Of a DNA stretch of 64,000 bases, positions 57,413-64,000 are shown piece after piece. The notes beneath the pieces were generated by a model. It worked only from the letters and a program-made list of their open reading frames with translations, searched no databases and had not been told where the DNA came from. The number at the start of each line of letters is the position of its first letter. The stretch's first letter is position 1. Origin of the DNA: an uncultured Candidatus Saccharibacteria bacterium (GTDB taxonomy: Bacteria; Patescibacteriota; Minisyncoccia; Phycocordibacterales; UBA2100); contig CAZJEQ010000003.1 in assembly GCA_964545165.1 (NCBI GenBank), forward strand, positions 52,990 to 116,989, given 5' to 3'. A program made the translations under genes and the position numbers.

Positions 57413-58693
57413 ATGCATACGGTCTCTATTGGCGAAAATGTGTACCACGGCAAGCGACGCCTGATTGAATACGCGGCAGATGATCGTCTGCGCCATATGT
57501 ACATGATTGGCAAAACGGGCGTCGGCAAATCGACGATTTTCCAAAATATGTGTCTGCAGGATATCGAGCGCGGCAGTGGTACCTGCTTTATTGATCCCCA
57601 TGGAGAATCGATTGAATGGCTCCTCGCGCGCATCCCCGCGGATCGCCTCCAAGACGTCGTCCTCTTCGACCCAAGTGACACCGACTACCCCTTTGGGCTC
57701 AACCTCCTCGAGGCGCGCGACGAATTCGAGAAGGATTTCCTCGTGAATGAATGCATCCAGATTTTCTACAAACTCTTCGATCCTAAGAAGAGCGGCATTA
57801 TCGGTCCCCAATTCGAGCACTGGCTGCGCAATGCCGCACTCACCGTGATGGCCGGGCCTGACGGCGGATCAATTCTCGAAATCCCGCGCCTCTTTGTCGA
57901 CAAAGAATTTGAGCGCACGAAACGCGCGCACCTCACGGATCCGCTCGTCCTCGATTTCTGGACCAAGCAGATGGCAAAAACGTCGGATTTCCACAAGAGC
58001 GAAATGCTCAACTACTTCATGTCGAAATTCGGCCCCTTCATCAACAACGCCATGATGCGCAATATCATGGGCCAGCATGTGAGCAGCTTCGACTTTAGTG
58101 CACTGATGAATGGGCGCGCCATCGTGCTCGCCAATCTCTCCAAAGGCAAGATCGGCGAAATGAATGCGCACATGCTCGGCCTCATCCTGATCTCGCGCTT
58201 GCAGGCGGCGGTGCTAGGGCGCGCCAAAGACCCGCCACAGAGCCGCACCCCCTTCTATCTGTACGTCGACGAGTTTCAAAACTTCTCGACCGACACGTTT
58301 ATCTCGCTCCTCTCTGAGTCACGTAAATACGGCCTCGGCATCCATCTGACCAATCAATACCTCTCACAGCTGCCGGAGAGCATCCGCGATTCGGTACTCG
58401 GCAACGTCGGCACGATGGTCTCATTCGAAGTCGGTGCTGAAGATGCACGTCTCTTGAGTGATGAATTCGCACCGATGTCAGAAGCAGATTTCATGGGACT
58501 CCCGCGCTTTAATTTCTTCGTAAAACTTATGATGGGTGGGAAAACCAGCGAAGTCTTCTCGGGCGTCGGGCTGCCGCCACAAGACATCGCCGCGACGAGC
58601 GCCTCGCGTGAGAGCGTGGTCGCATTGAATCGCCTCGCCTATGGCTGGCCGCGCACGCTCGTCGAAGAGACCGTGCATCACCAGCTTCGCTAA
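57413..58693 (+). CDS. Soluble TraD/TraG/VirD4-type (FtsK/HerA superfamily) ATPase, copy 2
   Basis: Walker A MIGKTGVGKST. Walker B FYLYVDEFQ followed by ...GIHLTNQ. Collinear paralogue of the 42688..44607 product. Start set at internal M33 of the tracked ORF. No TM. Confidence 0.65.
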   Translation: MHTVSIGENVYHGKRRLIEYAADDRLRHMYMIGKTGVGKSTIFQNMCLQDIERGSGTCFIDPHGESIEWLLARIPADRLQDVVLFDPSDTDYPFGLNLLEARDEFEKDFLVNECIQIFYKLFDPKKSGIIGPQFEHWLRNAALTVMAGPDGGSILEIPRLFVDKEFERTKRAHLTDPLVLDFWTKQMAKTSDFHKSEMLNYFMSKFGPFINNAMMRNIMGQHVSSFDFSALMNGRAIVLANLSKGKIGEMNAHMLGLILISRLQAAVLGRAKDPPQSRTPFYLYVDEFQNFSTDTFISLLSESRKYGLGIHLTNQYLSQLPESIRDSVLGNVGTMVSFEVGAEDARLLSDEFAPMSEADFMGLPRFNFFVKLMMGGKTSEVFSGVGLPPQDIAATSASRESVVALNRLAYGWPRTLVEETVHHQLR

Positions 58694-59376
58694 TCCCGAA
58701 AGAGATCGCGATAGATATCCTCAGCTGGATCAATGAGCGCTTCCTGTGCATCCACGAGATCGACGAACTCCACTGGCGCATCCGTGATGATGGCGAGCGG
58801 TTGCTGCTCACTGCCCTCGCCTGTCACGAGCGTCGCCGCGGTCGCGAGCGAGTCGGCGACGTTGGTCTGCGTCACCTCCATTGTCTTGCCGAAAATATCC
58901 GGCGTCCCACGGTAATCGCGCACACCGCGAACGCCTGCATACCCGAGTGCCACGCCGGTCACACCCGCGCGCAACGGCGCCACACGACTATCTGTAATGA
59001 CGATCCCGAGGTTTGATATATCAAACTGCTGCATCAGCGCCCTGCGTAGACGCTCGGCAGAAGCGAAACAATCTGCGGGAAGCAAGACAAGCCGCCCATC
59101 GCTATTCGATTCATCGATGCCAGCGTTTACGATCGCGATGCCCTGCCGCACGGTGAGCCACCACTTCGGCAAAATTTGTTTCGTCCAGGAACTCTCCGAT
59201 TCGATTAGCTGCTGCTTCTCTAGGCTCGGCGCTGTGCGACCCTCGGCGAGCGCGACCACCTTCGAGGCGATCGCGAGGATAGAACCATCGGCAAGCTGCG
59301 GTATGTGCTCGGCAATAAACGCTGCGAGATCCTCACCTTCGGCGAAGATACGAGTGCGAATCGGCGTGACAATCAT
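58690..59376 (-). CDS. CofE-like gamma-glutamyl ligase family protein (F420-0:glutamate ligase fold)
   Basis: Family resemblance across the length (…GIVITDSRVAPLRAGVTGVALGYAG…). Confidence 0.6.
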   Translation of the reverse strand: MIVTPIRTRIFAEGEDLAAFIAEHIPQLADGSILAIASKVVALAEGRTAPSLEKQQLIESESSWTKQILPKWWLTVRQGIAIVNAGIDESNSDGRLVLLPADCFASAERLRRALMQQFDISNLGIVITDSRVAPLRAGVTGVALGYAGVRGVRDYRGTPDIFGKTMEVTQTNVADSLATAATLVTGEGSEQQPLAIITDAPVEFVDLVDAQEALIDPAEDIYRDLFRD

Positions 59377-60080
59377 ACCGCCTTAGTGCGTACGTCGTCG
59401 GCTTTCCAAATTTCCTGATGCTGGGCGGGGCTCTCGAGCGCCACATTATCGAGGACGATGCGCGCGACATCCGACGGCTCCATCGAGGTCGCGTAATCTT
59501 CGTGCTTATTATCGCCAAAAAGCGTCGTTTTGATGCGATACGGGTAGACGCCGATCACCGTGATGCCGCTATCTTTGACCTCATCGCGCACCGCCTGCGT
59601 GAAGCCTTCGGCGGCGAATTTGCTCGCGCTGTATACCGCCCCGAGCGCTTTGCCTTTGAGCGAGCGCACCGAAAGGATATTTACGATGATGCCTGCGCCC
59701 TGCTCGCGCATGTGCTTCGTCGCCTCGACCATGCCGTAGGCGGTGCCGAAATAATTCACCTCGATGAGCTGATGTGCTTTGTTGAAATCGACATTCTCCA
59801 CCGGCGTGTAGGGTGTCCAGACGCCTGCGTTGTTGATCCAAAGATCGATCTTTCCCCACTCCTCCATGGCGGCACGGCCGAGTGCCTCGACCTGATCGCG
59901 ATCAGTCACATTGCAGTGCATCGTCGGCATATCGAGCTCGACACCAAGGTCCGACAGCTCGACTGAATCGAGATCAGAGATGAGCACCTGCGCGCCACGC
60001 GCAACCAGCGCGCGTGCAATCTCGCTGCCTAATCCGCGTGCTCCACCGGTGAGAACTACTTTCGCGTCTTTTAATTCCAT
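59373..60080 (-). CDS. SDR-family oxidoreductase
   Basis: KVVLTGGARGLGSEIARAL... plus YxxxK. Confidence 0.85.
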   Translation of the reverse strand: MELKDAKVVLTGGARGLGSEIARALVARGAQVLISDLDSVELSDLGVELDMPTMHCNVTDRDQVEALGRAAMEEWGKIDLWINNAGVWTPYTPVENVDFNKAHQLIEVNYFGTAYGMVEATKHMREQGAGIIVNILSVRSLKGKALGAVYSASKFAAEGFTQAVRDEVKDSGITVIGVYPYRIKTTLFGDNKHEDYATSMEPSDVARIVLDNVALESPAQHQEIWKADDVRTKAV

Positions 60081-60083
60081 ACA

Positions 60084-60425
60084 CTATTTTATGAGCGGCT
60101 CGCCGCTATGTATATGAAAGTGCAGATGTTTTGAATCCTGATAGTTGCCGATATTGGTCAGTACCCGCGCGGCACCATGTTCCTTCTCGACAGTAGAGGC
60201 TATCGACTTGATCACGTCGAACATCTCAAGAAAGATCGCATTGTCATCCGGGGTGAGCGACAAGAGCGACGAGATATGCCGCTTGGGGATGACGACGATA
60301 TGGACCGGATACAACGGGCGCGTATGGTGAAAAGCGAGCACACTGTCGCTCTCGTATTCTTTTTGCACAGGAATAGTTCCAGCCAATGCGACATCACAGT
60401 AAAAATCATTCCCTGAATATTCCAT
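60084..60425 (-). CDS. HIT-family (histidine triad) protein
   Basis: HLHFHIH motif. 113 aa. Confidence 0.8.
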   Translation of the reverse strand: MEYSGNDFYCDVALAGTIPVQKEYESDSVLAFHHTRPLYPVHIVVIPKRHISSLLSLTPDDNAIFLEMFDVIKSIASTVEKEHGAARVLTNIGNYQDSKHLHFHIHSGEPLIK

Positions 60426-60513
60426 ATATTGGTGAGCATGGAGAGATTTGAGCTCTCGCGGGTTTCCCTATGCGCTTCACGTATCGCCGAGACGTACGCG
60501 CTTCCGGATTGAG

Positions 60514-60595
60514 TGGGCGTGGGGAGACTCGAACTCCCAACCCTTGCGGGATACGCTTCTGAGACGTACGCGTATACCAGTTCCGCCACACGCCC
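60514..60595 (-). tRNA. tRNA-Leu (anticodon CAG), type II with long variable arm; CCA not encoded
   Basis: The hand-folded minus-strand sequence GGGCGTG-TG-GCGGAACTGGTATACGCG-TACGT-CTCAGAA-GCGTA-TCCCGCAAGGGTT-GGGAG-TTCGAGT-CTCCC-CACGCCC-A has a 7-bp acceptor stem, a T-loop TTCGAGT and anticodon loop cT-CAG-Aa. Coordinates are anchored to ORF 60448..60675. Confidence 0.8.
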
Positions 60596-60745
60596 ACTCA
60601 ATCCGCAAAACTTATAGGCAATTCCGCCACATGCCCGATGGGGGCATTCTAATCGAAAGCACGTTTTTTTCATAAAAAGCTGCCGCGCCCACTCGTCACC
60701 CCTGATGGAGCTTGAGCGGACGCGGAAGTGGGAAAGCCCCCATGT

Positions 60746-61324
60746 TCAGGCGCGCTGGATCACGGTTGCGACAAGGATGCCGTCGCCTTGGACGCATTGC
60801 ACGCGGAATCGATCTTTCGACGACGGAGTGCCGAGCTGTGCGCGAGCGAACACGTCGTTGGGCACGCTGAGCTTGTTGCCCTGCGCCGTCTGGCCATAAT
60901 GCGTCCTCTTGGTTGGCCTGAGGCGCAGCGAAATGGTGATCCACTCATTCGGATCATGCGCTTGAGGCGCAGGCACGGAAACTGGTTCCGCTCGCGGTGC
61001 TGAGATGATATGCACAGGGTTCTTGTGGAGACCCCAGTACCACGCATCTGCGCGTTCCAAGCCGCGCGCACCTCCAGGAAACACCGACACGAAAACCTGG
61101 TCTTCTGCCTTCGGTCGAGGATGAGCGGGCGTGAGAGTACACCGGACAAATCCCCTGAGCGTATTGGTGACTTGGCGTGCCGAGTGGATCAGCACTGTGC
61201 GGCCGGGATCGTCGACGATTCGCACGACCCCGAAATCTTTGTCCGCCACGAAGAAGTTCACGAGAGCCTTCAGGTATACGTCTGCGGCATGCGCCGCGAT
61301 CTGATCTGATGAAACATGCAACAT
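60746..61324 (-). CDS. Hypothetical protein
   Basis: 193 aa from internal M24 of the tracked ORF. No domain recognised. Confidence 0.4.
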   Translation of the reverse strand: MLHVSSDQIAAHAADVYLKALVNFFVADKDFGVVRIVDDPGRTVLIHSARQVTNTLRGFVRCTLTPAHPRPKAEDQVFVSVFPGGARGLERADAWYWGLHKNPVHIISAPRAEPVSVPAPQAHDPNEWITISLRLRPTKRTHYGQTAQGNKLSVPNDVFARAQLGTPSSKDRFRVQCVQGDGILVATVIQRA

Positions 61325-61444
61325 GCGACGTCCCTCCAATCTACACGTACGATACACCTCAGCGTGTAAAAAAGAAAAGAGCCCGCGTCGCAATCATGCG
61401 AGGCGGACCCTTCGTGTCCTGACTTACGGTGTCAGGGAACCGTG

Positions 61445-61966
61445 CTAGCCGCGAGTGCCAGTGCGACGGCGCTCATGCGCGTGATCGTTGTCGTTGCGAG
61501 CCTTGCGGCTGCGGCCGCCGAGAACCTGCGCATGGCTCGCGGCACCCGTTGCCTTGACCAGCTCGAAGATGCGCTTGCGCACGCGAGGCTCGCGGATCTT
61601 GTAGTAGGCGCGCACCAATTCGAGCGTCTCGCGCTTGATCAGCGGATCCTTCTCCTGCTCGAACGGGGTCGCCTGTTCGCGCAGATTGACCACGTTGCTG
61701 CCACGGCGCGGAGCCGTCTGGCCGGGTGCCTTCCGGGTCGCCGCCGGCATCTCATCGAAGAAGTAGGAGACGGGCACGTCGAGCACCTTGGCGAACTCGT
61801 ACAGCCGGCTGGAGCCGATGCGATTCGACCCCTTCTCGTACTTCTGGATCTGCTGAAACGTGAGGCCGACGGCGTCACCGACAGCGGTCTGGCTCATGCC
61901 GAGCAGGCTACGGCGTTGGCGAATGCGAGTGCCGACATGAACATCAACAGGATGGCTTCGTGCCAT
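61445..61966 (-). CDS. XRE-family (Cro/C1-type HTH) transcriptional regulator
   Basis: GTRIRQRRSLLGMSQTAVGDAVGLTFQQIQKYEKGSNRI is a canonical HTH_XRE. Confidence 0.8.
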   Translation of the reverse strand: MARSHPVDVHVGTRIRQRRSLLGMSQTAVGDAVGLTFQQIQKYEKGSNRIGSSRLYEFAKVLDVPVSYFFDEMPAATRKAPGQTAPRRGSNVVNLREQATPFEQEKDPLIKRETLELVRAYYKIREPRVRKRIFELVKATGAASHAQVLGGRSRKARNDNDHAHERRRTGTRG

Positions 61967-62054
61967 GGTGTGCTCCCAAGAACAGTTGAGACCAAGGGTG
62001 ACAGAATGTCGCCCCTTTAAGTCCTAGACTCTCTAACATGAATTAGTAGCGATG

Positions 62055-62732
62055 TCAAGAGTCAGTATTCGACGGTAAGCGCAGCGATTCACGATGCGTA
62101 CCGTCCCAAGCTATTTTGCCGTGGACGACCAAATTGGTGATGAACGGCTGCTTCGCCTGCTCTGCTTCTTTGACCTGCCGCCCGATTTCGGCGACATCCA
62201 TCTCTGCCGTGAGCGGAATGCGGTGCTCATAGAAAATGGGTCCGCGATCATATTCCTCAGTGACGAAATGCATCGAGAATCCCGTCTCGGTAATCTCGCC
62301 ACGATCGTACGCCGCTTTCACGGCCTCGTGGATGTGATGGCCGTACATCCCCTTCCCGCCGAAATGACCGTAATGGTATGAGAGGAGTGCGGGATGAATG
62401 TTGATCGTGCGACGCGAATCGAGTCCGTGCACCTTTTTCATCCAGCCCGAGAGTGCGACCCATTCTGCGCCGAAGCGATCCACGACATCTTGATACAACA
62501 CTCCCACATTCTGCAGAATATCGGAGTGTTGTACGGCGGGGTCGAAATGAATGAAGCGGACGCCTTTGCGATCGGCGCGCGAGCGCACGCCGCCGTACTC
62601 GTGATTGGATACGACCGCCACGATATCGGCCTCGAGATCCCCTCCTCGGCTGTGATCGACAAGATTCTCAAAGCCCGAGCCGCCGTCCACGGCGCTACCG
62701 GAAGCAAATACGATGAGTCGGGGCCTGGCCAT
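62055..62732 (-). CDS. purN: Phosphoribosylglycinamide formyltransferase
   Basis: RLIVFASGS...INIHPALL... are formyl-transferase motifs. Start set at internal M41. Confidence 0.8.
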   Translation of the reverse strand: MARPRLIVFASGSAVDGGSGFENLVDHSRGGDLEADIVAVVSNHEYGGVRSRADRKGVRFIHFDPAVQHSDILQNVGVLYQDVVDRFGAEWVALSGWMKKVHGLDSRRTINIHPALLSYHYGHFGGKGMYGHHIHEAVKAAYDRGEITETGFSMHFVTEEYDRGPIFYEHRIPLTAEMDVAEIGRQVKEAEQAKQPFITNLVVHGKIAWDGTHRESLRLPSNTDS

Positions 62733-62742
62733 AGACGTGTGA

Positions 62743-63954
62743 GTGTACCTTGCTATCATACGCGGCATGAAGAAATTCGGCACGCCCGGCAAGCCATCCT
62801 CCGTCAAATTACTCATGCTCGGCGCCGGTGAGCTCGGCAAAGAAGTCATCATCGAAGCGCAGCGGCTCGGTGTCGAGACGATTGCATGCGATCGCTACGA
62901 AGGCGCGCCCGCGATGCAGGTCGCGCACCGTTCCTACGCCTTCAACATGCGCGATGGCAAGGTCCTGCGCGAAGTGATCGAAAAAGAGCAGCCCGATTTT
63001 ATCGTGCCCGAGATCGAGGCGATCGCCACCGACGAATTGGTGAAATTGGAAAAAGAGGGGTGGACCGTGATTCCCACTGCCCGCGCCGCGCAGCTCACCA
63101 TGGATCGCCAAGGTATTCGCTCACTCGCTGCGGAGAAATTGAAGCTGCCCACCTCGCCGTATCGATTTGCGTCATCGTACGAAGAATTGGAGGCGGGTGC
63201 GAAGGCAGTCGGCTTCCCCTGCTTTATCAAACCGACGATGTCATCGTCCGGCCACGGTCAGTCGATGGTCAAAAAGCCGGCTGATCTCAAGAAGGCCTGG
63301 AAGTACGCGATGGAAGGTACGCGCGCCAACACCGGCATGGTGATCGTCGAAGGCGCCATCACATTTGATTACGAGATCACGCAGCTCACGGTGCGCCACG
63401 CGAGCGGGATCAGCTATTGTGAGCCGATTGGTCACATCCAGATCGACGGTGATTATCGCGAGAGCTGGCAGCCGCACCCCATGTCAAAAATCGCACTCAA
63501 GAAAGCACGCGAGATTGCGGGCAAAGTAGTGAATGAATTGTGTGGCAAAAAGGGTCGCGGCATCTTTGGCGTCGAGCTCTTCGTCAAAGGCGATAGGTGC
63601 TGGTTCTCCGAGCTCTCGCCCCGCCCGCACGACACCGGCATGGTGACCATGGCGAGTCAAAACATGAGCGAGATGGAGCTGCATGTGCGTGCCATCCTCG
63701 GCCTCCCGATTCCCGAGATCACCTGCACGCCCGGTGCATCGGTCCCGATCCTCGCCGAGGTAAAGACCGAGAATCCCTCATACATCGGCGTCGCCGATGC
63801 GCTCAAAGAGCCACAGACGTGGGTGCGCATTTTCGGTAAGCCCAACTCGCCCGGACACCGTCGCATGGCGGTCGTCATCGCACTCGACAAAAACGTGAAA
63901 GCGGCACGTGCCAAAGCGCAGCGTGCCGCCAAGAAAATAAAAGTAAAAAAATAA
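62743..63954 (+). CDS. purT: Formate-dependent phosphoribosylglycinamide formyltransferase (ATP-grasp)
   Basis: Collinear with, and by eye >50% identical to, E. coli PurT (…[13 protein letters not shown]…[11 protein letters not shown]…). An alternative start lies at 62767. Confidence 0.9.
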   Translation: MYLAIIRGMKKFGTPGKPSSVKLLMLGAGELGKEVIIEAQRLGVETIACDRYEGAPAMQVAHRSYAFNMRDGKVLREVIEKEQPDFIVPEIEAIATDELVKLEKEGWTVIPTARAAQLTMDRQGIRSLAAEKLKLPTSPYRFASSYEELEAGAKAVGFPCFIKPTMSSSGHGQSMVKKPADLKKAWKYAMEGTRANTGMVIVEGAITFDYEITQLTVRHASGISYCEPIGHIQIDGDYRESWQPHPMSKIALKKAREIAGKVVNELCGKKGRGIFGVELFVKGDRCWFSELSPRPHDTGMVTMASQNMSEMELHVRAILGLPIPEITCTPGASVPILAEVKTENPSYIGVADALKEPQTWVRIFGKPNSPGHRRMAVVIALDKNVKAARAKAQRAAKKIKVKK

Positions 63955-64000
63955 GCCTCGGCGCTTGGCCGAGGCGAGTGTGGGTTCGTCACCGTACAAC

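Noticed and set aside
60448-60675. 75-aa and 153-aa ORFs overlapping the tRNA region
   Set aside because: They are translated straight through the tRNA-Leu gene. They were used only as coordinate anchors.

Overview
This is a high-GC (~60%), gene-dense bacterial window in which nearly all genes lie on the minus strand. Genes overlap or sit 4-20 nt apart, TTG/GTG starts occur, and GGAGG-type Shine-Dalgarno motifs are visible. I read the gene content as most consistent with a small-genome, Patescibacteria/CPR-like organism, but this is inference only.

Layout of the window:
- 1-5.5 kb: a partial membrane protein with two tandem HTH repeats, then gatB and secA, each followed by a strong hairpin terminator.
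- 5.5-6.25 kb: an AT-rich island with a 19-aa Lys-rich ORF and a block of nested hairpins and direct repeats.
- 6.2-41.2 kb: a ~35 kb cell-surface glycan locus. It holds a Wzy_C/TPR O-antigen-ligase-like protein, two GT39/ArnT-like membrane glycosyltransferases (one fused to a GT2 domain), an MsbA-like ABC exporter and a nonulosonic-acid module. It also holds a Fom1/Fom2/FomC-like phosphonate module, nine GT4 enzymes, two DegT aminotransferases, two methyltransferases, a polysaccharide deacetylase, two DUF218 proteins, a short UGDH-like dehydrogenase, a small EamA-like transporter and an NAD-dependent epimerase.
- 41-48 kb: a PKD-domain surface protein, a soluble TraD/VirD4-like ATPase, an L,D-transpeptidase + D,D-carboxypeptidase fusion and a membrane-anchored hypothetical protein. 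These genes are separated by a family of CTGCAG-centred palindromic elements.
- 48-53 kb: housekeeping genes rsmI, murC, gnd and zwf.
- 53.2-58.7 kb: a plus-strand four-gene operon, and the most unusual feature in the window. A ~180-nt leader resembling a cobalamin riboswitch is followed by a 670-aa highly acidic low-complexity protein, a compact ClpA/B-like AAA+ ATPase, a 105-aa helical protein and a second soluble TraD/VirD4-like ATPase.
- 58.7-64 kb: a CofE-like ligase, an SDR, a HIT protein, tRNA-Leu(CAG), a hypothetical protein, an XRE regulator and divergent purN/purT.

No CRISPR array, rRNA, transposase or integrase gene was seen. Coordinates of CDSs use the supplied ORF track, with internal starts recomputed arithmetically. 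Coordinates of hairpins and repeats were hand-counted and may be off by 1-3 nt.
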